From an uncultured Bacteroidales bacterium (GTDB lineage Bacteria; Bacteroidota; Bacteroidia; Bacteroidales; TTA-H9), in NCBI GenBank assembly GCA_964444785.1, contig CAYUII010000001.1, positions 1,858 to 65,857 of the forward strand: a stretch of 64,000 bases of DNA, written 5' to 3'. Each line of letters begins with the position of its first letter. Within the stretch, counting starts at the first letter, position 1. The position numbers were made by a program, and so were the translations under genes. Below are positions 30,901 to 40,200 of the stretch, piece after piece. Below the pieces are notes generated by a model that did no database searches, was not told the DNA's origin, and worked only from the letters and a program-made list of their open reading frames with translations.

Positions 30901-31675
30901 GTGGCCCTTGTAAGTTGAGACCAACACGGTTATAACCAAACTTATCAAGAAACTGTGAGGTTTGAAGCTCAATACCACCACCGAATTCACGACTTGGTCC
31001 TTTGGTTACAACATTAATAACGCCAGAAGTAGCATCACCATACATAGCAGGTAAACCAGAGATGATCACATTTACCTCTTCAATGGCTGAAGGAGGAAGT
31101 GAAGATGAACCGGTTACTTTAATACCGTCAATGTAGGTAACTGTAGCACCAGAGCGAGCTCCACGAACGCTACCACGCTCACCGTCTGAAGAGAATACAC
31201 CTCCAACGGTGGCTGCAACGGCGTTAGCACTACGGTTAGGCATCTTGGCAATTTGCTCTGAAGTGATACTAGCACCAACCGTAGTTTGGTCTTTCTCGAT
31301 CAGAGGCTTTTTGTATTCTACAATCTCAACACCTGTCAACGTAGTTGATGATGCCTGCATGTTGATGTTGTAAAATTCAGTTTTTCCCGAACCAACTACA
31401 AAACCATTAACCTCAACAGGGTTATAGCCAACATAAGTGGCTCTGATTGTGTATTTTCCGGGTGCGATGGGTTTAATGATGTAATTACCATCAATGTCGG
31501 AGGTGGCCCCTCCCTGCTGCGCTCCTCCCGCCTCTATGATAATATTGGCGAACGGAATGGGATCTTTCGTCTCCTTGTCGACGACTTTTCCCTTCAGGGT
31601 TCCGGGAGCCTGAGAAAAGACTAACAGATTGGCTGCTAGTACTATTCCTAGGGTTAAGAGTAGTTTTCTTATCAT
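27980..31675 (-). CDS. TonB-dependent receptor with N-terminal CarboxypepD_reg domain (Oar-like, not SusC/RagA-like)
   Basis: The ORF extends to 31714, but the signal peptide MIRKLLLTLGIVLAANLLVFSQ starts at 31675. CarboxypepD_reg (LKGKVVDKETKDPIPFANIII...DGNYII), plug (SVRGARSGATVTYIDGIKV...GVINVVTKG), then a long beta-barrel. Confidence 0.9.
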   Translation of the reverse strand: MIRKLLLTLGIVLAANLLVFSQAPGTLKGKVVDKETKDPIPFANIIIEAGGAQQGGATSDIDGNYIIKPIAPGKYTIRATYVGYNPVEVNGFVVGSGKTEFYNINMQASSTTLTGVEIVEYKKPLIEKDQTTVGASITSEQIAKMPNRSANAVAATVGGVFSSDGERGSVRGARSGATVTYIDGIKVTGSSSLPPSAIEEVNVIISGLPAMYGDATSGVINVVTKGPSREFGGGIELQTSQFLDKFGYNRVGLNLQGPLVMTGDSSNRKPLIGFFLAGDFLSQGDNSPSNIGRYKIKDDALASIKATPLIPTGTGFGTNQSASFLGKDMIEKVDNSTDATSKSANVSAKFDIKPSNSVNITIGGNLNYSDDVNYSFGNSLFNWENNGKVKELTYRVFGRFTHRFANDPESKSLFKNVYYSLQADYSRYKQDVQSQLHGDEVFKYGHVGKYDIYTLPSFARGSVTVDGTTYNNVYVQNGFKDTAVYFTPSSYNPDLARYTSIYYDYYPETTGNHQNLTQVQLGGGLLNGQVPSSIYNMWAAPGTPFGSYQKYELDQFGVNATFSADIGNHEIQFGLQYEQKKESYYGLNAISLWTHMRGITNFHIEQLDVNNPIMQMRDGVFTDTVVYNRKYDAASQRTFDRNLRSKLGLPVDGTDYINIDSYDFASKSISYYDANGAKKTVTLGEDILSLDLFSADDLLNSGQSYVNYYGYDHTGKKVSGNASFEDFFNAKNSSGDYIRALPAFEPNYIAGYIQDKFAYQDLLFNIGVRVDRFDANQMVLNDPYSLYPTIGAGQVTEIGGKTIDVPSNIPGDAVVYVDNVSTPTQVKGYRSGSTWYNAAGVEIQDPNLLNAGTGVNPLLKDPSNQVLVAESFKDYDPQWSVMPRISFSFPISEEALFFAHYDILTQRPTSSLRFNLTDYYYFNTQTGTINNPNLKPTKTIDYELGFKQKLSGSSVMTLSAYYKEMRDDIQIFRFNGAYPRDYTSYNNIDFGTVKGFTATYDLRQTSNVTLRASYTLQFADGTGSSTDQAASLIAAGLPNLRSTNPLAWDRRHAINISLDYRFSDGKEYNGPVIKREKSGKAPLQLLKNTGLNITVSGGSGTPYTRQSNITSAITGGTQLMQGSYYGSRLPWQFRVDARLDRDFFFKIGKRESSLNVYLQVLNVLGTENVMGVWSATGNANDDGYLAAAEWQRQIEEQLDPETFRTLYQIFVNRPGNYSSPRFIRLGAIFNL

Positions 31676-31786
31676 ACCAGATAAATTTATGTTACGATAA
31701 ACGACGTGCGTCAAAAAGTCCGTAAAGATAAAAACAAATTAGCTTAACTTCCAAACACTTCAACACCTTGAAATGTCATACAATAA

Positions 31787-32335
31787 TTAAAAAAATTTGC
31801 GCTCTAAAATTACTTGCGAGAGGATCGCATTTCTTAATTCAAATTCAAAGTTTGGTAGCTCTTCATCCTCTTTTTCAACTATACTTGAAGATGCTCCAAT
31901 TGGTTTCTTTTTTTCTGTTCTTACTTCATATTCAATGGATTTATAAGTTGGGTTAACACTTTGTATTAATGAATCTGGGATTACTTCATCTGCAATAACT
32001 CTTGAACTTGCCAAATCTCCTGGCATGGATCCCGCACGATTAAACCTATTCTCCAAATGACTCTTTTGAGATATAGGCTGAGCAGGTTCAACCTTTGGCA
32101 AGCTTTCTTTCTTTTCGTTCTCTACCTCAAAACCAAACTCTTGGTTCGTAATTTTATCCAAAATATCTGTGAAATCACTAAATCCATTAGCACTCCTCGG
32201 CTTCTGTTTAACCGATTCACCAGAAATAGATCCACCCTCACTCACCCGACTCTGAGCACTTCTTGCTGCCGATTTTTTCATTGCAGTGTAGATCGCCCAG
32301 CCTAGCCCAAGCAAGACTAAAATTAAATTCTCCAT
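31787..32335 (-). CDS. Hypothetical membrane-anchored protein
   Basis: N-terminal TM helix (LILVLLGLGWAIYTAM), a disordered middle and an amphipathic C-terminus (FELRNAILSQVILERKFF). A minus-strand reading is preferred over the overlapping plus-strand ORFs. Confidence 0.55.
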   Translation of the reverse strand: MENLILVLLGLGWAIYTAMKKSAARSAQSRVSEGGSISGESVKQKPRSANGFSDFTDILDKITNQEFGFEVENEKKESLPKVEPAQPISQKSHLENRFNRAGSMPGDLASSRVIADEVIPDSLIQSVNPTYKSIEYEVRTEKKKPIGASSSIVEKEDEELPNFEFELRNAILSQVILERKFF

Positions 32336-32538
32336 ATGACAGATTTAACAGGTTAGTGGTTTTGCTTACAAACACGTTAAAATTGTTTAAATTTAACAAC
32401 TTCTTATTCAAAAGGCAATTTTTTTCTCAATTATTATTTAATTATTATTGACATGTCCAATGGTCACATATGAAAAAACCCACAAAAAAACGTGTTAATT
32501 AACGCACAATTTCCAAATGAAAAATTTATCATCTACAC

Positions 32539-32901
32539 TTACTCGCTTTGAGTACAGCTCTTAGGCTTTATCCCAAATAATCTCTGAAAAAAATTACCTT
32601 TCTTTCGGTAACGATCTTCAAGCGACTTCCTATGCGCTTTAGCTTGGTCTAATCGTGCTTTTCCAGCTGCAGACTGCATATTATAATGCCTTTCTTCATT
32701 CTTTTTAAACGTTGCCGCCCTCTTCTTCTCCTCCGCCTTTTTTCTCTTCTCCATTTTTACAGCCGACTTTTCTGCGGTGCTTTTCTGCTTTAAAAAACAA
32801 CTTTGAGTTGTTACAGATAGCAATAGTAGCAAAACAAGAACTATATTAAAGTTACATATTCGTCTGAATGAGTATTTTTTAGCAAAGCGGCAGATTCTCA
32901 T
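32539..32901 (-). CDS. Small basic lipoprotein, unknown function
   Basis: Hydrophobic signal followed by the lipobox-like TTQSC. The K/R/E-rich remainder looks helical. Confidence 0.5.
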   Translation of the reverse strand: MRICRFAKKYSFRRICNFNIVLVLLLLLSVTTQSCFLKQKSTAEKSAVKMEKRKKAEEKKRAATFKKNEERHYNMQSAAGKARLDQAKAHRKSLEDRYRKKGNFFQRLFGIKPKSCTQSE

Positions 32902-33028
32902 AGTAAAAATAATTTCTAGTTCTCGACGTTAGATCTGGAATTGGCTGCGCAATGATGAGGCCTTCATCTCTGACTTCATAAAGCACTGCAATTTACTATT
33001 TTTGTCTTTGATAAAAACTTTTTTCAAC

Positions 33029-33481
33029 ATGTCAAGCTCTTTCTTAAGACGTTTATCCATTATAGTCATCTTTCTCTTCTCATCCGTTATCTGGGTGGCC
33101 TGTTCAGATGATGATCCTGAGCCAGAAATCCCCTATGTTTATGTTGATTTTATTATTGATCCATCATCAATTTTATATAACAACCTAAATATCCCTGGTA
33201 ACTATGCCTATGTGAATGGAGGATACCGCGGAATAATTATCTACCACTTCACAGAAGATGAATATATTGCCTACGAAAGAACCTGTACTTACGATCCTCA
33301 AGAAACGTGCTCGAAACTTAAAGTTGATAAATCAGGATTAATCGCCGTTGACTCTTGCTGTGGCTCAAAATTTATCCTTCTTGATGGCTCTCCTATGGAA
33401 GGGAGTAAGGCTACCATTGCTCTTCGTAGGTATCAAACGAGTTACGACCCCTATTACAAAAGACTTCACGTCTATAACTAA
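33029..33481 (+). CDS. Rieske-fold-like lipoprotein lacking Fe-S ligand histidines
   Basis: The track starts at a TTG (33002); the ATG at 33029 gives MSSSFLRRLSIIVIFLFSSVIWVAC (lipobox). CTY...CCGS occupies the positions of the Rieske CxH...CxxH motif. Confidence 0.7.
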   Translation: MSSSFLRRLSIIVIFLFSSVIWVACSDDDPEPEIPYVYVDFIIDPSSILYNNLNIPGNYAYVNGGYRGIIIYHFTEDEYIAYERTCTYDPQETCSKLKVDKSGLIAVDSCCGSKFILLDGSPMEGSKATIALRRYQTSYDPYYKRLHVYN

Positions 33482-33634
33482 TCTTTCTTTTGGCTTCAAC
33501 TAATCTCTTTAACTTAATGGGGATCGTATCAAACTTAAATGAAGTGAAAAGTACCATGGTTCCCTGCACCTCTCCCATTCTTCTTCGCTTCTTCTCCCTA
33601 CTCAATCCAATACTGATTACCTAAAATACGAATA

Positions 33635-33699
33635 TAAAAAAACTGGGTTAATTGATGACTCGATTGGCAGTTCAACCATTCGTCATCCTTTAACCCAGT
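33635..33699 (-). terminator. Intrinsic terminator of ahcY
   Basis: On the minus strand, a 10-bp outer stem (actgggttaa/ttaacccagt) and 6-bp inner stem (gatgac/gtcatc) are followed by a T-run. Confidence 0.8.
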
Positions 33700-33751
33700 C
33701 TTCTTATTTCAATTGAATTTTCTACCCCTTTCAGAAGTACTAATCAATTTT

Positions 33752-35164
33752 CTAGTAACGATAATGTTCTGCTTTATAAGGGCCGTTTTTATCTACACCG
33801 ATATAAGCTGCCTGCTCATCTGTTAACTGAGTAAGTTTAACACCAATCTGTTCCAGATGCAATCTCGCAACCTCTTCGTCGAGCTGTTTTGGCAGACGGT
33901 AAACATCTACCGCTAGATTTTTGCTCCATAGCTCCAGCTGCGCTAAGGTTTGGTTGCTAAAAGAATTACTCATTACAAATGAAGGATGACCTGTAGCACA
34001 TCCAAGATTGACTAATCGGCCTTCAGCAAGAATAAATAGAGAACGACCATCCTCAAAGAAGTATTGATCTACTTGAGGTTTAACCTGAGCCCGCCGAGCC
34101 CCCTTATAATCATTAAGGGCATCAACCTGGATCTCATTATCGAAATGGCCAATATTACATACTATAGATTGATCTTTCATTTGAAGCAGGTGATCAAGTG
34201 TTATAACATCTTTGTTACCAGTACATGTAACATAAATATTACCCTCTCTGAGAGCCTCTTCAATGGTTGTAACTTCGAAACCCTCCATAGCTGCTTGAAG
34301 CGCACAGATGGGATCAATCTCTGTAACTAAAACTCTTGCTCCGTATGTACGCATGCTATGAGCACAACCCTTACCAACATCACCATAACCAAGAACGACT
34401 ACTACTTTACCAGCAATCATTACATCAGTAGCACGTTTAATCCCATCAGCAAGTGACTCGCGACAACCATAAAGGTTATCAAACTTTGATTTTGTGACTG
34501 AATCATTAACATTAATGGCAGGAACTAAAAGGGTTCCATTCTCCTTCATTTGATAGAGCCGATGAACACCGGTTGTCGTCTCCTCTGATACACCCTTTAA
34601 TTCAGCCACTGTTCTGTGCCAGCGCTGTGGATCCTCAATTAATATTCTTTTTAGCGTATCTAAAACAACTTCCTCTTCCTTGCTAGATGGAGTGACATTT
34701 AAAATAGAGGCATTATTTTCGGCCTGATATCCTTTATGGATAAGTAAGGTAGCATCTCCTCCATCATCTACGATTAGGTTCGGTCCTTTCCCTTCAGGAA
34801 AACTGAGTGCTTGACCCGTTGCCCACCAATACTCTTCCAGTGTTTCTCCCTTCCAAGCAAAAACGGGAACCTTAGAATCACGAACCACAGCAGCTGCAGC
34901 GTGATCTTGAGTAGAGAAGATATTGCAACTAGCCCATCTTACATCTGCACCAAGAGCAACAAGAGTCTCTATTAACACAGCTGTTTGTATAGTCATATGT
35001 AGCGAACCAGTAATACGTGCCCCTTTCAAAGGTTGTAATGGAGCATACTTTTTACGGATAGCCATTAAACCGGGCATCTCTTTCTCAGCAATGAGAATTT
35101 CCTTACGGCCCCAGTCGGCCAATGACATATCTTTTACCTTATAATCAAAATTGAGATCACTCAT
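33752..35164 (-). CDS. ahcY: S-adenosyl-L-homocysteine hydrolase
   Basis: Typical start [23 protein letters not shown] at 35164 (the ORF extends to 35206). NAD-binding [10 protein letters not shown]. Ends KAEHYRY. Confidence 0.95.
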   Translation of the reverse strand: MSDLNFDYKVKDMSLADWGRKEILIAEKEMPGLMAIRKKYAPLQPLKGARITGSLHMTIQTAVLIETLVALGADVRWASCNIFSTQDHAAAAVVRDSKVPVFAWKGETLEEYWWATGQALSFPEGKGPNLIVDDGGDATLLIHKGYQAENNASILNVTPSSKEEEVVLDTLKRILIEDPQRWHRTVAELKGVSEETTTGVHRLYQMKENGTLLVPAINVNDSVTKSKFDNLYGCRESLADGIKRATDVMIAGKVVVVLGYGDVGKGCAHSMRTYGARVLVTEIDPICALQAAMEGFEVTTIEEALREGNIYVTCTGNKDVITLDHLLQMKDQSIVCNIGHFDNEIQVDALNDYKGARRAQVKPQVDQYFFEDGRSLFILAEGRLVNLGCATGHPSFVMSNSFSNQTLAQLELWSKNLAVDVYRLPKQLDEEVARLHLEQIGVKLTQLTDEQAAYIGVDKNGPYKAEHYRY

Positions 35165-35203
35165 CTTCTTATAAAATTTATTTATTTCTGCAGAAAAAGT
35201 TTG

Positions 35204-35211
35204 CAAATATA
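35204..35211 (-). promoter_or_regulatory. Bacteroidota -7 promoter box for ahcY
   Basis: TATATTTG on the minus strand, about 40 nt upstream of the ATG at 35164. Confidence 0.5.
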
Positions 35212-35276
35212 GTGCTAATCCATGAAAACTACCCCTGATTTACCATGATTATCTTTCTCATACGCATTGGTTTTGG

Positions 35277-35284
35277 TACTTTTG
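35277..35284 (+). promoter_or_regulatory. Bacteroidota -7 promoter box
   Basis: TACTTTTG lies 13 nt upstream of the ATG at 35298. Confidence 0.45.
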
Positions 35285-35297
35285 CACCCACAACATC

Positions 35298-35954
35298 ATG
35301 CCTGTACTGCATTCTATACAGACTCCTGAACAGATTCAAATTGAAATCTGGCACATCACTGAATCAGTTGATGAGCTTCTTGCTATGCTAATCTTAACCC
35401 CTGCCGGTAAACAACTTTTTGAATCGTACAAAAATGAAAAAAGAAAAAAAGAGTGGCTTGCTTCAAGATTACTCCTTCAAAAGATAAACAACGAGAAACC
35501 GGTCACTGTAAGATATACTAAGAAAGGAAGGCCCTTTAAACAAAAGTCGATGCCTTGGTTCTCTGTATCTCACACAACCGACTATGTAGCCGTTGCCAGT
35601 TCTAATACATCTCCTATCGGGGTCGATATTGAAATACCCTCTGATCGTATACTGAAAATAAAAAATAGGTTTCTATCTCTTAATGAATTAGCTAGACTCA
35701 ATAACACCAGTCAGATTATTACGCTTATGACTTGTTGGTGCGTCAAGGAAGCCACTATCAAACATCTTGACTTACCTGGTATTGATTTTCAAAATAATAT
35801 CCAGATTCAGATCCCTCAACCGAATGATCTATCTACTGTTGAGGTTCAAGTTTTAGGAAAAGAGCTAAAAACTCTTAAAGCGATCACTCCACCCATTTCA
35901 GATAAGTTTATCCTTTCATATACCATAAATCCAATTGATAATGAAATTCAATAG
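35298..35954 (+). CDS. 4'-phosphopantetheinyl transferase (Sfp-type superfamily)
   Basis: FSVSHTTDYVAVA, IGVDIE and WCVKEATIKH motifs. Confidence 0.82.
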   Translation: MPVLHSIQTPEQIQIEIWHITESVDELLAMLILTPAGKQLFESYKNEKRKKEWLASRLLLQKINNEKPVTVRYTKKGRPFKQKSMPWFSVSHTTDYVAVASSNTSPIGVDIEIPSDRILKIKNRFLSLNELARLNNTSQIITLMTCWCVKEATIKHLDLPGIDFQNNIQIQIPQPNDLSTVEVQVLGKELKTLKAITPPISDKFILSYTINPIDNEIQ

Positions 35955-37125
35955 TAACACGCCTCTTCTCTCGATTGTTCTGCTTTTCTTACTTGCGCTT
36001 TCCGCTTGCAATACAAAACAGAAACAAGAGGGTCCTGCAACTATTAATGCTAAGATTTCGCAATTTCCAGGCAAATACCTATATCTTGCAGAAGTATCGC
36101 CTGACAAATTTACTCCTATTGACTCTCTGCCTGTAAACCCAGAAGGAACCTATAAATTCTCCATTAATCTGACCTCCTCCGGCATCTACTTTCTTCAAGG
36201 CGGCCCCGGAAGAATCATTTTAATTGTCCATCCAGGTTCAAACATAGAACTAAGTTCATCTGGTGATGATATGCAAGGTAGTGTCAAATTCACAGGTTCA
36301 GAAGAATCACAGAAGCTTAATGATTATCTGATCTCTTTTGATAAAGAAAAAGAAGTAATTGGGCAACTCGGTCTAGCCCTTGAGAAAGGTAAAGATAGAA
36401 AAGACTATTCTGCTTTACGCGACTCCATTGCCAACGTGTACAAATCACTATTTGAAACTCAAAGAGAACTCACCATAAAATATCTAAAGTCGAACCTCAC
36501 CTCTCTAGGTACGATTATAGCCATTAATCAGCGATCTGGACCAAATCCGGTTCTTGATCCTATTAAAGATATCAAACTTTTCACCTCAGTTGACAGTTCG
36601 ATGATGACCAACTTCAAAGACAATCAACATGCTGTTTACTTCAACAAATCACTCAGTGAAGTGAAAAAGAAAATCGCTGAAAATAAACTTAATGATGAAA
36701 GACTCGCTCCTGGAAAAATCGCACCTAACTTCACCATGTCACAAGCAGATGGTAAGAATATAAGCCTCTCCGATTTTCTAGGTAATACCATTCTACTTCA
36801 ATTCTGGGGTTCTTGGCAAGAGGGACAACAAAATGAGTGGACAGCCCTTAGAAAGCTTCATGATGAAACCGGCTCAAAAATAAAGTTTATCTCTATTGGA
36901 TTAGAGCATAATGAGAAGCAATGGATGGAAGTAATTACTAAGTATAAGATGAATTGGTACCACTTAAGTGATTTCAAATATGACTCATCTCCTGTCATCT
37001 CAATGTATAACTTAGGCAACCAACTACCCGTCTATTTCATCATTGCTAAAGATGGTACTATTTATGGGAAATACACTTCTGTAAAAGATATTGAACCCGA
37101 AATAAAGAGACTCTCTAAGATGTAA
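35935..37125 (+). CDS. TlpA/AhpC-like thioredoxin-fold lipoprotein with degenerate active site
   Basis: Lipobox LLALSAC. The C-terminal thioredoxin fold (APNFTM...GNTILLQFWGSWQEGQQ...LPVYFIIAKDG) has WQEGQ in place of WCxxC (nt 36802-36831). Confidence 0.85.
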   Translation: MIMKFNSNTPLLSIVLLFLLALSACNTKQKQEGPATINAKISQFPGKYLYLAEVSPDKFTPIDSLPVNPEGTYKFSINLTSSGIYFLQGGPGRIILIVHPGSNIELSSSGDDMQGSVKFTGSEESQKLNDYLISFDKEKEVIGQLGLALEKGKDRKDYSALRDSIANVYKSLFETQRELTIKYLKSNLTSLGTIIAINQRSGPNPVLDPIKDIKLFTSVDSSMMTNFKDNQHAVYFNKSLSEVKKKIAENKLNDERLAPGKIAPNFTMSQADGKNISLSDFLGNTILLQFWGSWQEGQQNEWTALRKLHDETGSKIKFISIGLEHNEKQWMEVITKYKMNWYHLSDFKYDSSPVISMYNLGNQLPVYFIIAKDGTIYGKYTSVKDIEPEIKRLSKM

Positions 37126-37145
37126 CTGCTAGCCTCTTTAAATCT

Positions 37146-37200
37146 ATGGGTGAATAGAATATCATACAGATCTAGATAATCTATTCACCCATTTTATTAT
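37146..37200 (+). terminator. Intrinsic terminator
   Basis: 13-bp stem atgggtgaataga/tctattcacccat followed by tttattattt. Confidence 0.85.
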
Positions 37201-37243
37201 TTACTTTTCAGAACCTCGTGAGTTTAATTAAAGTTTTTCTGTC

Positions 37244-40200
37244 TCACGAAGACAACTCCATCGGCTTTAAAAGTGAAATAGCACTTACCACATCCATAAC
37301 TCCATCAAATGAGAGATGAAGCTTGCCGTTTACCTCTCTCATTCTACATAGACGTTGGTTAGCTTGGACAAATTTCAAGACAGCAGTAAACCTTTCACTT
37401 TGGAAGTAAGGATGCTGCGAATCTCCGACAAAATAGCCAGTTAATCGATTTCCTTTTAACAAGACCTTTTCAAATCCAATTTTAGAGGCCACCCATCTTA
37501 ATCGAAGGGCATTAACGAGATCTAGGGCAGGCTGAGGTAATTGGCCGAAACGGTCGGTTAAACGTGATACCCAAGCTTGAAGATCCTTTTCTCTGGTAAT
37601 ATTATCAAGCTCTTTGTACAAAAGAATACGTTCAGACATACTTGATACATAGTCACCTGGTAGCATAATTTCCAGATCTGATTCAAAGACGCAATCAGAA
37701 ACTTCTGGTTCTTTGACCTCATCATATAAACCGGCAAATTCGCCCTCCTTTAACTCCTTTATTGCTTCATCAAGGATTTTCTGATACATCTCATAACCCA
37801 AGTCACTAATAAATCCACTCTGTTCAGCTCCTAAAAGATTACCAGCCCCACGAATATCCAAATCGCGCATGGCGATATTAAACCCACTTCCAAGATCGCT
37901 AAACTCCTCTAACGATTTCAATCTTTTTCTTGCATCATCAGGTAACGACGCAAGAGGTGGTGAAAGCAGATAACAGAAAGCTTTTTTATTAGATCGGCCG
38001 ACTCTGCCTCTCAATTGATGCAATTCGCTTAAACCAAAGTTCTGCGCATCATTTATAATAATAGTATTAACATTAGGGATATCTAAACCCGATTCAATAA
38101 TGGTTGTTGCAACTAATACATCAAAATCACCCTCAATAACCCCCATCATAATCTCTTCGAGCTTCTTACCATCCATTTGGCCATGGCCAATGGCTATTGA
38201 GGCATCAGGGACAAACCGTTTTATCATACCGGCGACATCCAGGATGTTTTGGACACGATTATGGACAAAAAAGACCTGACCCCCACGACCAATCTCATAA
38301 CGAATGGCATCACGAATCGTCTCCTCAGAGAAGCCTCTTAACTCAGTTTGAACAGGTTGCCTATTTGGAGGAGGGGTATTAATCACCGAAAGATCTCTAG
38401 CTCCTAGCAAAGAAAACTGAAGTGTTCTTGGGATCGGTGTTGCTGTTAATGTCAAGGTATCAACATTAACTCTCAGTTGTTTCAACTTCTCTTTAGATGA
38501 GACCCCAAATTTTTGCTCTTCATCAACAATTAGAAGTCCTAAATCTTTAAACTGTACATCTTTACTTAAGATTCGATGGGTCCCTATTAAGATGTCAACC
38601 TTTCCATCAGTGGTATCCTTCAATACCTCTTTTATCTTTCCCGAACTTCTGAATCGATTAATAAAATCAACTCTTGCAGGAAAATCCTTTAGTCGATCCT
38701 TAAATGTCTTGTAGTGTTGAAGCGCCAAAATGGTGGTTGGAACCAATACTGCTACCTGTTTATTATCAGCTACTGCTTTAAATGCTGCCCGAAGAGCCAC
38801 TTCGGTCTTACCGAAACCGACATCCCCACAAACCAGTCTATCCATAGGCATTGTCTTTTCCATATCAGCTTTAACATCCTGGGTGGCTTTGTATTGATCA
38901 GGCGTATCCTCATACAAAAAGGAGGCTTCCAATTCATGTTGAAGGTAAGTATCTGCACTATAGGCAAAGCCTTCAGATGCCTTTCGAGCGGCATATAACT
39001 GAATCAGTTCACGAGCAATATCCTTTAGCTTTTGCTTTGCCTTCGTCTTCTGAGTATTCCAGGCTGCACCCCCTAAACGATGAATAGTAGGCGGAGTTCC
39101 ATCTTTTCCCGTATACCGTGCGATACGATGCAAAGAGTGGATCGATACATACAATACATCATTATTTTGATAAATCAACCTAATGACCTCTTGTTGCTTT
39201 CCGTTGTTCTCTATCAGTTCTAGTCCGTCATACCGACCAATACCATGGTCAATATGCGTTACAAAGTCACCTTGCTTGAGATTTGATAACTCCTTTAAAG
39301 TAATAGCCTCTTTTCCAGCAAAACCATCTCTTATTCTATATCGATGATATCGATCAAAGATCTGATGATCGGTATAGCACGCCACTCTGTGATCAAAGTC
39401 AATAAACCCCTCATGTAGTCCAAGTGACAAGTACTTAACAGCAACGCGCTCCTTCTCAGGTTTCCCCTGTTCCAGATCCTCAAAGATGGTTTGTAAACGA
39501 TTAAGTTGTCTCTCCTGATCAGCACAAATGATATTGATATAGAGTTCTAAAGTATGTTTTCTAAGGTCATCAATCAGGAGTTCGAAGTTTCTATTAAATG
39601 GAGGTTGGCTCTGTGTACGAAAAGCTATCGATTCCCCCTTAAAATGCGAGCTTCTTCCATATTCTATAACCCTATGAGCCCCCAATTCCCGAAGAAATTC
39701 ACGACCACCCATAAAAAGTTCACCTGGAGCTAAGTGCTTTATATCTTTACTTAGATTCTCAAAAATCTCTCTGGCCTTATCAAGTTCTCTTTCCAATCGG
39801 TCATGAATAAACGTCACGTCATCAACCCACCAAATGGCACTCTCTGGCAAATACGACAAGAGGGTTTCCCGAGCCTCATTAGATAATCGACTCTGTACAT
39901 CGGGAAGAAGACTTATCTTAGTAAGTCTTTGTATTGAAAGCTGATCCACCGGATTGAATGTTCGAATAGATTCAACCTCATCCCCCGAAAACTCAATTCT
40001 ATAAGGGTATTCATCAGAAAATGAGAATACATCAACGATGCCCCCTCTAATTGAAAACTCACCAGGTTCAACAACGAAATCTGCACGATTAAACCCATAT
40101 TCATACAAGACATCTGTCAGAAAGTCCATACTCACCTCCTCTCCCTCACGCAAAGAGAAGGTGTTCTTTTTTAAAATCTGACGTGTAACAACCTTTTCAC

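Noticed and set aside
31768-32451. Plus-strand ORFs 31768..31956, 32057..32305 and 32263..32451
   Set aside because: They overlap the more plausible minus-strand 182-aa membrane protein or AT-rich intergenic DNA, and their composition is hydrophobic and low-complexity.
33411-33605. 64-aa minus-strand ORF
   Set aside because: It overlaps the 3' end of the Rieske-like gene, and its start is created by a purine-rich repeat copy. It is unlikely to be coding.
35165-35297. SAH riboswitch upstream of ahcY
   Set aside because: A TATATTTG -7 box at 35204-35211 leaves a leader of only about 35-40 nt, which is too short for the aptamer, and I see no matching conserved helices.
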